Assembly: GCF_028641065.1 (NCBI RefSeq)
Contig: NC_073388.1
Span: forward strand, 15,128,001 to 15,192,000
DNA: 64,000 nucleotides
Source of the DNA: Leucoraja erinacea
Lineage: Eukaryota
Direction of reading: 5' to 3'
Position numbers and translations under genes: made by a program
Shown: positions 25,620-37,400 of the stretch, in pieces
Position numbering within the stretch: the stretch's first letter is position 1
Layout of the letters: each line of letters begins with the position of its first letter
The notes under the pieces: model-generated
Databases searched by the model: none
What the model saw: only the letters and a program-made list of their open reading frames with translations
What the model was told of the DNA's origin: nothing

Positions 25620-26638
25620 ATAGAAACATAGAAAATAGGTGCAGGAGTAGGCCATTTGGCCCTTCGAGCCTGCGCCGCCATTCAATATGATCATGGCTGA
25701 TCATCCAATTCAGTATCCTGTCCCTGCCTTCTCTCCATACCCCCTGATCCCTTTAGCCAAAAGGGCCACATCTAACTCCCTCTTAAATATAGCCAATGAA
25801 CTGGCATCAACTACCTTCTGTGGCAGAGAATTCCAGAGATTCACCATTCTCTGTGTGAAAAATGTTTTTCTCATCTCGATCCTAAAATATTTCCCCCTTA
25901 TCCTTAAACTGTGACCCCTTGTTCTGGACTTCCCTAACATTGGGAACAATCTTCCTGCATCTAGCCTGTCCAACCCCTTAAGAATTTTGTAAGTTTCTAT
26001 AAGGTGAGACCACACCTGGAGTATTGCGTACAGTTTTGGTCTCCTAATCTGAGGAAGGACATTCTTGCCATAGAGGGAGTACAGAGAAGGTTCACCAGAC
26101 TGATTCCTGGGATGTCAGGACTTTCATATGAAGAAAGACTGGATAGACTCGGTTTGTACTCGCTAGAATTTAGGAGACTGAGGGGGGATCTTATAGAAAC
26201 TTACAAAATTCTTAAGGGGTTGGACAGGCTAGATGCAGGAAGATTGTTCCCGATGTTGGGGAAGTCCAGAACAAGGGGGTCACAGTTTAAGGATAAGGGG
26301 GAAATCTTTTAGGATCGAAATGAGGAAAACATTTTTCACACAGAGAGTGTTGAATCTCTGGAATTCTCTGCCACAGAAGGTAGTTGAGGCCAGTTCATTG
26401 GCTATATTTAAGAGGGAGTTAGATGTGGCCCTTGTGGCTAAAGGGATCAGGGGGTATGGAGAGAAGGCAGGTACAGGATACTGAGTTGGATGATCATATT
26501 GAATGGTGGTGCAGGCTCGAAGGGCCAAATGGCCTACTGCACCTATTTTCTATGTTTCTATCCCTCCTCAATCTTCTAAATTCTAGCAAGTGCAAGCCGA
26601 GTCTATCCAGTCTTTCTTCATACGAAAGTCCTGACATC
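25620..26638. mobile_element. Young CR1 (+, 26004-26560) inserted into a near-identical CR1 (-, 25620-26003 plus 26561-26638)
   Basis: RPHLEYCVQFWSP...GDLIETYKILKGLDRLDAGRLFPM on +, the same peptide on -; both have (TTTCTATG)n tails. Confidence 0.92.
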
Positions 26639-27064
26639 ATGACATACCATGTTGTCTGTCAAATTAAAAACTAATTGTTGAGGGTTTAAGTACAGATGGA
26701 GCTTTTTTTTTTTTGCGCCACTTCTTCCAGGTTCGACCCAATATTACTTAGATAACCCAGTAAGATGTACCCCTGAAGTGAATTTACAAACATATTTTAA
26801 GATGGTTAAATGTCCAAATAAATTGTTCTAAACCTAACATAGAAGAGGACTGGAGGAGCAACAGTTTTATTTGCTCTTGCGGAGAATAAGCAAAAGGCAC
26901 TGACTCGAGGGACAGAAAAGTAATTCAGATTAAACACGAAAGTTACCAGACCAGATAAACATCACCCTGATATGTTTGACATGCATTTCAGGTATGCAGG
27001 TTGGCCATTGATAAAATTGGACAGTGATAATCCATCTATCTCTTGAACATATAAAGCTAATTAT

Positions 27065-28103
27065 TAGGTATGTTACAAAACCTACCTGAATCGTGGCTGA
27101 GCATCTGCCCTACCCCGTGTCTGCGATTTTGGCGCTGTTTAGAGGGGGCGGGTTTAAAACGCGATTTTTACTAGGCTGTTCCAATCGAAAATGTTCAGCC
27201 TAGTAAATCATTAACGGAAAATCGCTGAAAGACCCCGTCGCAAAAGGTATTATTAGTTTTTATGGCCTTGTATAATATTTATAGTAGTTTAAAAATCACT
27301 CTCTCACTCCGCAACCTCTCGCAGCCCCAGGGTTTTATAAAGCAAACAATTAAAGGTATGTACCTTATTTTTACATTAAATGGGGCTTGTAAATAACCCT
27401 GTGTATAAAGTTTTCTATAGCGAGTAGTTCATTTTGGGCTCTTTATATCCCGCAGTATTTTTCTGGGCACTTGAGGGCACAAATCCAGCGCAATGTGAAC
27501 GTTCTAAACCAGCGTGTTCACAGGAACCCACTAGAAAGCCGATTTAAATTGACTTTAATTTACAGCAAATGAACACTAAATTCCTTCCATTTGGCCTATA
27601 AATTGATGTAAATGAGATTTAAAAATCATGTTTTATTGTGAATTATTTGTGAATATTATTTGGACACTTGGGCTATTTAAAAATGTTCATCATTTATTAA
27701 GAAATGGATAGATGTTTAGAGCTAGTAATTGAAGTTTGAAATTAGCTACAATTGGGTAACTAACTAATTATATGCTTTAATTTCAGGTCATCCAAGTAAG
27801 ATTATTTTATATTTGTTTCAGAATGCTTCAATCTATGATAACTGAAAATTTGATTCAGTTCTCTTAATTTTTAAGAAGGTTATGGGCTTTTGACTGTCCA
27901 CGATCACAGCTTTTTTGTTATGTCCATAGAAAATCAATAGGAAACAAGATGCTAATTTCCGAGTATGAAAATGGCCATAACGTTTTTATTACTTGAGATA
28001 TGAAAGTGAATTAGGTGTCAAATTAAACTTATTGTTATGCTTTATCTGATGAGATAAATTGCAGACTTGATTTTTAAAATCTCAAAATTTTGTAACATTG
28101 CTA
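27065..28103. mobile_element. Non-autonomous DNA transposon, 1039 bp, superfamily uncertain (hAT-like TAG ends)
   Basis: TIR TAGGTATGTTACAAAA / TTTTGTAACATTGCTA (14/16) and 7-bp TSD TAATTAT (27058-64, 28104-10). Confidence 0.8.
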
Positions 28104-28121
28104 TAATTATGATTAGGAACC

Positions 28122-28350
28122 TAAGATAGACACAAAGTGCTGGAGTAACTCAGCGGGGTCAGGCAGCTGCTTTGTTCTGGGCTTTTCTTACCTCTAGTTC
28201 CCTTTCCTCTCCTTTCAGTCTGAAGAAGGGTCCCAATCTGAAATATCAACCATCGGTTTTCTCCGGACGTGCTGCCTCACCCGCTGAGTTACTCCAGCAC
28301 TTTATGTCCATCTTCAGTGTAAACCAGCATCTGTAGTTCTTTTCTACACA
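28122..28350. mobile_element. Penelope-derived element with inverted 5' arm and degenerate hammerhead
   Basis: CAGTCTGAAGAAGGGTCCCAATCTGAAATATC at about 28216-28248, with inverted GCTGGAGTAACTCAGCGGG arms. Confidence 0.7.
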
Positions 28351-28809
28351 TTGTGCTTGGCAACCCTTGATAATGGGTTGGTGGTCAGAAGATGCTATTT
28401 CATGTTGGTGGGTAGAGGTCAGCACTCATGTGGATCATTGGAGACTGAGGTTGGTGGTTTATGCTTTGGTATCATCAATGGAGTGAAGAGATGTTGCAGG
28501 TTCAGCAGGCAATTGAGAGCTGGGTTGGGATGGGAAGCACCACAATGTTGGTGCTAAGCTGTGTTGGAAAGCACAAATATGAGCAAGATTAGTAAACACC
28601 TTAAAGAGAACCCAATTGTAACAGGGTCCTAGTGTCCGTTGGAATGCATTCATAGAGAAGCAGGCTTCATAATTCATGTTCATAAATTATAGGAGAAAAT
28701 TTAGACCATTCAGCCCATCAAGACTACTCTGCCACTCAATCATGGATGAACTATCTTTCCCTCTCAACCCCATTCTGCTGCCTTCTCCCCGTAACCCCCG
28801 ACACCCATA

Positions 28810-30116
28810 AACCCCTTTTTCACTGGGCGACTTGACGCAAGAGGTAACCAGAGTTTAACATCATGGGAACCTCGTGCGATAACAGTACGGCATTCGTGGA
28901 CCACCGTGGCGCTAACGGCAGGTACTCGTGTAACTAGGGTATTCGGGAGAAAATTCAAGCCAGCTTGAATTTCTCCAAGAGTGACTTGTACACTTGTAGC
29001 TGAGCATTGCAACATTTTATGAACGTAGTGGCCAGTGCGATATCCGTAATAACTCTTGCGGTTACCGTGGGAACTCCTGCGAACGGTGAACCCGGAAGCT
29101 GGACAGATGGGACAGAAGGTGAGTAAAAAAGGTGGTCTCAATATCGACAATGGAACATGTGTCCATCGAGGACGTCCCACCTCATTGTCATTGTTGGAGA
29201 ATCTTTTTAACAGGAACACGCAGAGATGGCTCCCAGAAAAGCTCAAAGAAAGGGGGTAAAGCATGTCAGAAAGGTTTTTGCCATGCAGCAGAATGAGGAG
29301 GAGACGCAGCAAGAGAGACAGGTGGAGAGGCAACAGGAGATGCCAGAGATAACACTGCCTGTGGGCTCCTTGGAGCAGGGAGAGGGTGAGCAAGGTGGAT
29401 TTCAGATTGCCTCCCCAGTAGCCGTTGTAGGAATAGCCTCTACAGACGCTTATGTAAAGGGAAGATGGCAGAAGGTAAGGCCATATAACTTCTCCAGGGA
29501 ACAAGAGGGGGAACTTGTAGAATGGTACCAATTTAACGAGATTCTCTACGATAAATCCAGAGAGGATTACAGAAACAGGGAGAGAAAACGGAACCTGCTG
29601 GAGACGAAGGCTGCGGAGTATCCCGGGTGCTCATGTGAGTGTATATATAACGATATATTAGTACATCAACAGGAAAACCATTTAATGTTATCCATGATTT
29701 AAAAACATACAATGCTATAGATGTAAAAGTGCTGTTTTTGCAGTTAACTTAAACTTCTCTTATAAGTCTGTCTGTGCCCTGCAGCTGCAAAGTAAAACAG
29801 TCACAGACAGCTTTTACACGCTCTGTGTTTGAGGTTGGAATCATGTCTCTAAGAGCCATAAAATAAATTATGACATCATTTGTGCCACGTGATGATTTAA
29901 TTGCACTTGACAGTTTACAATGCTCATTCAAGATTTAACGGGAAACCTCGGGAGATGGACAAGTCACTCGCACAAATAACAGAAATGCCGAGTACCGTGG
30001 GAACTCTGTCTACCCCCCCCCCCCCCCCCCCCGTTATATCGCGTGATATCGTGCTAGACCACGACCACTTTACTCTGGTCACATCTTGTGTCAAGTCGCC
30101 CCGTGAAAAAGCCCCA
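28810..30116 (+). mobile_element. PIF/Harbinger-like deletion derivative carrying a MADF/Myb-SANT ORF
   Basis: About 40-bp TIRs (TTTTTCACTGGGCGACTTGACGCAAGAGGTAACCAGAGT versus the reverse complement at the right end), ATA/TTA flanks, inserted in a minus-strand CR1 tail. Confidence 0.8.
29226..29702 (+). CDS. MADF/Myb-SANT-like DNA-binding protein, probable first exon (transposon accessory gene)
   Basis: FSREQEGELVEWYQFNEILYDKSREDYRNRERKRNLLETKAAE fits the MADF pattern. A GTGAGT donor at 29635 suggests the exon ends at 29634. Confidence 0.7.
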   Translation: MAPRKAQRKGVKHVRKVFAMQQNEEETQQERQVERQQEMPEITLPVGSLEQGEGEQGGFQIASPVAVVGIASTDAYVKGRWQKVRPYNFSREQEGELVEWYQFNEILYDKSREDYRNRERKRNLLETKAAEYPGCSCECIYNDILVHQQENHLMLSMI

Positions 30117-31726
30117 TTACTGATCAAGAATCTTTCAATTTCCGCCTTTAAAATACCCATTGACTTGGCCTCCATAGCCATCTGTGGCAATGAATTCCAC
30201 AGACTCACCAGCATTTCAAAGCATACTTTTGCATATGTGCATAGCAAGAGACTTTCATGCAGCATTGAATATTACAGAGGTGGCATGTGAATTGCTTGAT
30301 CGTGTTCATTGCATCTCCAAGCAACTTCTATTATAGCACAAGTGTCAATAGAAGCAATAGCTTGTCAATATCTATGCTGAAACTAGCAGCTGTGTTCTGT
30401 AGTGACAATAGCATTTGATTACTGCAGGGAGATTACATGTTACATTTCTTCCATCACTGTTTTTTTCCTAAGACGCCTTTTTTTTCTGCATTTCAATTTC
30501 CAAACTAAATATTTAAGTGGTTCTCCAACTCCCGATCGAAATTGCTTTCTAACTAATTTGACCTGTGTAATACAACTCCACACAGAGAGCACCTAAGGTC
30601 AAGATTGAACCTGGTCTCCAAAGCATTGAGGCAGCAGCTCTATAACCATGCCACCTCATTCAGATTTTGTACTCAACTTAATCATCTGTCAAAATTCTAA
30701 GTAAGCAGAAGGCAAATGATAGTTTGCCCATTCAGGGCATGTCGGGGATAACTGAAACTACTCGTTCTAGAAAGATTGCTGAGTGAAAGGCTGTAATTTA
30801 GCTTAACACTTGTCACTGAGCAACAGTAATTACAGTATGAGCAACCTCTATCCGTCCATTTGACCTCGTCTCTGCTACTGACCTTCCTCTGAATGGGTGC
30901 CCTTTCCCACTGCATTTGGGATGCTCTAAAATTAGACTGTAAACATTAATGCATGGCAAAAGAAGTAGCCCCACAAAAGGGTAAGACTTGATAGTTTTGG
31001 CAACCTTCCCATGCCTGAGCAATCTGTTTGACTTACTGAAAGCTTTTGTCTTCACATTCCTGCATCAGACTTGTTATTGGAAATGACCTCAGCCCCCACC
31101 CTCATTTCCTAAATCGTGGGTTCTGCAGCTGCAGGAAGAGGTCCTAAAGCAAACATTTCATACTGTAATTAAGAGAGAGAGCTCTGATTTAACAGAACTA
31201 CCAGTGCTCTGACAGCAGTAATCGTCTTCCCTCTTATGTTATATCTGAACATTCTGGTGGTGGTGAAATTATATGAGTTCCTAACCAGTCGAAAATTACA
31301 CCAAGGTTTGCACAGAATGTCTCCCAGGCAGTCATTAACCAACTCATTTAGAAAGCATTACTCTTACATTTTGCTGAAGTTCCTGAGGTTTTTTTAGCCC
31401 CCATCTGATTGTAATTTTGTGAACAGGGAACAGACCATGTTTCATTCAGCATAGCTATAAAGAATTTTGTTTTTCCTTTTCATCCCAATCGGTTACTCAA
31501 ATGCACTTTTCCCAGGACATCCACCTGTGGACTTTTTTATCTTATTCAGTCTGTCTCCCCCACTATTAGCAAAAAAGCTTTTAAAATCCATTGCTATCTA
31601 ACTAATTCAACTTTGCTTAGATATCTTTGCATAGATTCAGTGACCTCATTCACCCAGTTAGCATGTCCATGCATTTTACTTTGAAATAAATTGAACACAC
31701 TGCCCTTTATATATAACAGTACAATC

Positions 31727-32335
31727 CTGGGATGTAACAATAGCATCCCCTTGTGATTTAGAAAGGACCTTCATATTCTTGCAATGTATTTATCCCCAAA
31801 GACAGAAGTTAAAAATTAAACGTAGTTCTCACTTTATTACTTAAGTTTGATAACAAGGAACTGCAGATGCTCACTAACACAAAAAAGGACACAAAGTGCT
31901 GGAGTAACTTAGCAGGCCAGGCTGCATTTCCCGAGAAAATGGATCTCCAGAGATGCTGCCTGACCTGCTGAGTTACTCCAGCATTTTATGTCCTCTTGTA
32001 CTTTTTTAAAAACTTTTAAGTTATAATTCTGGGATGTAACAATAGCATCCCCTTGTGATTTAGAAAGGACCTTCAATGAATATTTTTGAAATGTATTTCT
32101 CCCCAAAGACAGAATAAGTTAACAAGTAATAAAGTGAGAACTAAGTTTAATTTTTAAGTTTGAAAACAAGGAACTGCAGATGCTCGTTCACACGAAAAAG
32201 GACACAAAGTGCTGGAGTAATTCAGCAGGCCAGGCAGCATTTCCCGAGAACATGGATCTCAAGAAATGCTGCCTGAACTGCTGAGTTACTCCAGCATTTT
32301 GTGTCTTTCTGTGCTTTTTTAAACTTTTAAGTTAT
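31727..32335. repeat. Tandem duplication (period about 300 bp), each unit holding a fold-back Penelope fragment
   Basis: CTGGGATGTAACAATAGCATCCCCTTGTGATTTAGAAAGGACCTTCA at 31727 and again at about 32029. Confidence 0.9.
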
Positions 32336-32409
32336 TTCATTTCAGTCGGGTAAACATATAGAACAACATTTCAGTTTGGATTCATTAATTTCCATCAATG
32401 AAACTTGGT

Positions 32410-32510
32410 CTGACTGAAGAAGGATCTCGACCCGAAACGTCACCTATTACTTTTCTCCACAGATGCTGCTTGACCCACTGTGTTACCCTGGATTTTTGTG
32501 TCTATCTTGC
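32410..32510 (+). mobile_element. Penelope-derived hammerhead element
   Basis: CTGAAGA 32414-20, AGGATCTCGACCC, GAAACGTC, ACCTAT. Confidence 0.8.
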
Positions 32511-33147
32511 TGTCTTCGATACTGGCCATCCCCGTGTTATGAATGCTCAACTTTTTGACACACCTACATATGAATACGTTCCCACAATATTAAATTAAAA
32601 AATCCGACATGCATACAAATATTTGTTCCCACGACCAGCACAACTAGTTTCCTCTCTTTCTCTGCACTTTCGGCAATAGTTCTTCCTATAACGATCTTCT
32701 GTATTTTTGATGCTATTCGTTATAATGACGTGGATGTACGATTGCCATATTGAGTGGTTTTGTGTATTTTCTGACTTACAGACAAAATCAACTGATGGAG
32801 ATTTGCGGAAACAGAACCCGTTCATTACGCAAGGATGTGCTGTACCATAAAAAATAATGAACATGCAACACCACTTCAGTAAATCATCTCAGTTAACAAA
32901 AGCTGAACAACTCCTTTGCATTTGAGCTTAATTAACTTGTCTTTCCTGGGGTTTCTACATCAGCAACGTCTTCATTGCACCATAGACTTCCTTCCCAGCA
33001 ACATTAAACTTACTGCTAGAAAGAAATTAAAAGCTTTTCAAAGTAACAGGCATGAGTTATTCATCAGTAAGGGAGGCAAGTTATCAAAATGATTATTTGC
33101 TGTCAGAGGAAACAATATTTAAAGTGGCTTCGAAACACAGTGGCTTA

Positions 33148-33405
33148 CAGTGGCGCCTTACAACGCCAGAGGCCTGGGTTTGATCCTGACTATAGGTGCT
33201 GCCTGTACAGAGTTTGTTCGTTCTCCCTGTGACTGTCTGGGTTTTCTCCAAGTGGTCCAGTTTCCTTGCACATTCCAAAGATGTGTAGGTTAATTGGCTT
33301 CTGTAAATTGTTCCTAGTGTGTGGGATAGAACTAGTGAATGGGTGATTGCTGGTCAGTGTGGACTCGTTGGGCCAAAGGGCCTGTTTCTACGGTGTATCT
33401 CTAAA
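33148..33405 (+). mobile_element. HE1/V-SINE
   Basis: B box, core and tail AAGGGCCTGTTTC...TCTCTAAA. Confidence 0.85.
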
Positions 33406-33660
33406 AAAAGCTATCTACCTCAGAATTTATTTTAGTACTTCGTGACTGCAACTATAAGGGTGTCAAGGAATATTGGGAGAAGGTAGGAGAATGGGGTTGA
33501 GGGGGTAAGATAGATCGACCATATTTGAATGGCAGAGTAGACCCGATGGGCCAAATGGCCTAATTCTGCTCTTATGACTTATGAACATATCGGAAAAGTG
33601 CTATAAACTATGCAGATGTAGACCAGAGTGCACAACAAGCCAAAAGACTTTTGGTCTGAA

Positions 33661-34375
33661 GAATTGAATTGAATTTCCTTTATTCAGTCTGAACGAAATT
33701 TCGTGCCTGCAGTCATACATGCAATAATAGACAACAGAACAGACAGTAAACACAAATTAACATCCACCACAGTGAGTCCAACCAAGCACCTCCTCGCTGT
33801 GATGGAGGCAAAAATCTTAGGGCTGCAGCCTCTTTCCTCCTCTTCTCCCTCTGCGCTGAGGCGATACCCCACCGGGCGATGGTAAATCAGTCCCGCGGCT
33901 CACCGAGCTCCGCGAGTGGGCCGGTTCAAACACCGCAGCCCGGGGTGGTCGAAGCTGCCGCCCTCCAGTCCAGCGGACGCAGCTGTTGACGACGTCGTCC
34001 ACTGGCCCACGGCCGAACCCCGGACTCAGGCCGCTGCCACCAGAACGCCGTCTCAGCCACCAGAGCACCGCTCCAGCCCCGAGCCTGGTCGCCCTCACGT
34101 GAGCATCTCAGCCCCGCCCCAGGCCGCCCTCATGGGAGCGCCATTACCCTCGAGCTGGGCCGCCCTCACGGGAGCGCAGTTACCCTCGAGCTGGGCCGCC
34201 CCCACGGGAGCGCCGTTCCAGCCTCGGGCTGGGCCACCCCGACGGGAGCGTCTCAGCCCCTCGCCAGGCCGCCCTCACGGCAGCGTCACAGCCCCTCACG
34301 GGAGCGCTGTTCCAGCCCCGAGCTGGGCCGCCCTCACGGGAGCGAGCCCAGGGCGAGTCCTGACAGGCTGCCTCC
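33661..34375 (-). mobile_element. GC-rich non-coding retroelement with internal minisatellite (copy 1)
   Basis: (ATTCA)n tail, repeated GGGCCGCCCTCACGGGAGCG units; colinear with 61037-61690. Confidence 0.8.
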
Positions 34376-34419
34376 GAATGAAAGGATTGAGGGGAAGATC
34401 AAGGTTATGATCAGTAATT

Positions 34420-37400
34420 TCCAAAGGGAGAACAGGCAGGGAGAGGCTAATGAATATGGTGGAACTGGTGGGCCGACGTGGGCCTGTTTCAATACAAGGT
34501 GTATCATAGGTAAAGCAGATTAACAGAGCCTGCATCAGTGCATTGAACTCTGATGTTGTGGCCATTCAGAGACTAAGTTGTGAGAGGCACCAGACTGGCG
34601 GCTCAACGTCCCAGGGTTTTGACATTTCAGATGTGATACAGAGGTGGCAGAGTTGCAATACTAACTGGGGGGATGTCATTGCACCATTCAGAGGAGACAC
34701 ACTGGTGGTTGCATCCTACTGAGGCCACATAGGTGAAACACAAAAGTAAGAAAGGTGCAGTCATTCTAATGGGGTTGTAATACAGGCCTCTCAACCGCTT
34801 GTGGTAGAATAGAGGAACAGATAATGTAGACAGATTACAGAACAATGTAAAAGCAAACAGTTGGGTGACTTTAGCTTTTCCAAAATGAACTGAGACTTCC
34901 TCAGTGTAAAGGACTTAAACATAATAGAATTTGTCAGCCGCATCCAAGAGTATTACCTTATGCAGAATGTTGATAACACAACCTTGAGAAGGGGCCATAC
35001 TGGACCTTGCATTAGGAAACGAGTCTGGCCAGGTAACTGGTGTTTCAGTAAAAGACCATTTTGGGACAGTTTTAAGATATTTATGAGTAAGGATAAGTCT
35101 GGACATTAGGGGAAGATACTGAATTGGGGTAAAGCCAATTACAACATTATTAAACAGGAGCTAGGGGGAGTAAATTGGCAGCAGCTGTTATTCCTCTCCC
35201 ATCTGGACAGCCAGAAGGGGGGGGGCTACGTGAGGATGCTGTTCATAGACTACAGTTCAGCCTTCAACACGATAGTCCCCACCAGACTGGCCGGGAAGCT
35301 AATGGAATTAGGGCTCAACACCTCCCTGTGTGCCTGGGTCCTGGACTTTCTCACCGCCAGGCCCCAGGTAGTCAAGATGGGAGGGAATACATCGAAGTCC
35401 CTCACCCTGAGCACAGGATCGCCCCAGGGTTGCGTCCTCAGCCCCCTATTGTACTCCCTGTACACACATGACTGTGTGGCTAGGTTCAGCTCCAATTCAA
35501 TAATTAAGTTTGCTGATGACACTGTGGTGGTGGGCCTGATCTCAGACAATGATGAGAGGGCCTACCGGGAGGAGGTGGCTGATCTAGCACTCTGGTGCCA
35601 GGAGAACAGCCTCCTCTTGAACATCAAAAAAACGAAGGAGCTGATCATGGACTTTAGGAGGGCACATCATCCGAGGACGTACACGCCATTGAGGATAAAT
35701 GGGGATCCTGTGGATAGGGTGAACTGTTTTAAATATCTGGGAGTCCACATCTCCGAGGATATGACATGGTCATCACACGCCTCAGCACTGGTGAGTAAGG
35801 CAAGGCAGCGCCTTTACCACCTCAGGCCATTGAGGAAATTTAGAGTGTCTACGAGGATCCTACAGTGCTTCTACGCAGCGGCGGTGGAAAGCATCTTGTC
35901 CGGGAACATTACCATCTGGTTCGGGAATTGCTCTGCCAAGGACAAGAAGGCTCTGCAGAGAGTAGTGCGTTCGGCCGAACGCACTATGGGAACTTCACTC
36001 ACCCCCCTGCAGGAACTATACAACAGGAGGTGCAAATCCAGAGCAAACAAAATCATGATAGACCTCTTCCACCCCTGCAACGGACTGTTCCAGCCGTTAC
36101 GGTCAGGCAAACGCCTCCGTTGCCATGCAGTGAGAACGGAGAGGTTGAGAAGGAGTTTCTTCCCAGAGGCAATTCGGACTGTAAACGCCTTACTCACCAG
36201 GGACTAACTATACAGAACGTTTTTCCTTCTATTATTTATTATGTAAAATAATATGTGTGTTATGATTGTGTTTATAATTTGTTTGGTTGTTTTGTTGTTC
36301 CGCGAGCATTGCCACTTTCATTTCACTGCACATCTCGTATGTGTATGTGACAAATAAACTTGACTTGACTTGACTTGATTAGATACGTCCGCATCAGATA
36401 TATAGGAGTAATTTAGAGATCAGCTGATTCGGGTTCAGGACTGGCATGTTCCAGTAATGTGGAGGAATAAGAATGGCAAGGGAAGGACACTTTGGAAGAC
36501 CAGAGAGGTTGTAGATTTGATCAAAAAGAATATATAAGGTTTAGGAAGATAATAAATTCAGACAAAGTCTTTGAGGATTAAGCACGATAGGCAGGTAATT
36601 AGAAGGGTCAAAGGATCCTTGTAAGGTCATTGGTAAATTGGATGAAAGAAAATCCCATGTTTTTTTATACATACATTTAAAACAAGCGAGTAATTAGGGA
36701 GAAGGTTAGATCATGCAAGGAAGGTGGAAATTTATGCTTGGAGTCTGAGGAACAAGGTGAAGTGCCTTTCATCAGTATCCACCAAGGAGGAGATAAGGTG
36801 GATAGTGATAACATGCTAGGTCAGTTTGAAATCAAGAAGGAGGTGGTGTTGGGTTTCATGAAGAGCATTAATGTGGACATAATCATCCCAAGGACATAAT
36901 GGGATCTAGTCCATGTTATTGAGAGAGGCAAGAGAGGAGATACAATGATCTTTGTATCCTGTCTTGCCACAGGCGACGTCACGGAGGACTGGAGAGGAGC
37001 CAATGTTGCTCCTTTGTTTACGAAGGGAAGTAGAGATAATCCAGGATATTATCGGCTTGATGGAAGAAGATTTTTGGGGTAGAATTCACTTGCATTTGGA
37101 AGAGAATGGGATAATTATGAACAGTCTGCATGGCTTTGCACAGGGCACATCATGGTTCATTAATTTGACTGTTTTGAGGAATAGACAAAGATGATTGATG
37201 AGGATAAAGCACTGGATGTTGGCTACTTGGATTTTGATTAAAGTCTCACTCACTTTGTAAGATGATCCAAAAGATAAAGATGCATGGGATCCATATTACT
37301 TGGTAATTTGGATTTAGATCGGGCTTACCCATACAAGATGGTGGGTTGTGTGGAAGGATGTTATTCTGGCTGGAGGTCTGTGACCAATGAAGTTCTTTAG

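Noticed and set aside
28764-29531. 255-aa minus-strand ORF
   Set aside because: It is the antisense shadow of the MADF ORF, runs across the TIR into a CR1 tail and shows no domain.
33652-33665. GGTCTGAAGAA as a hammerhead core
   Set aside because: No stem II or GAAAC follows; it abuts an (ATTCA)n retroelement tail.
34075-34350. Repeated GGGCCGCCCTCACGGGAGCG units resembling a CRISPR array
   Set aside because: The spacers are short and related to one another, there are no cas genes and the context is eukaryotic. It is a minisatellite inside a retroelement, repeated at 61480-61690.
34330-34380. HDV-like ribozyme at the 5' end of the GC-rich element
   Set aside because: I could not build the P1/P2/P3 pairings or an L3/CGAA motif on the minus strand.
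11218-35230. Similar 5' truncation points of three Rex1 copies as a programmed boundary
   Set aside because: The breakpoints differ by tens to more than 100 bp and n=3, which is compatible with ordinary 5' truncation.
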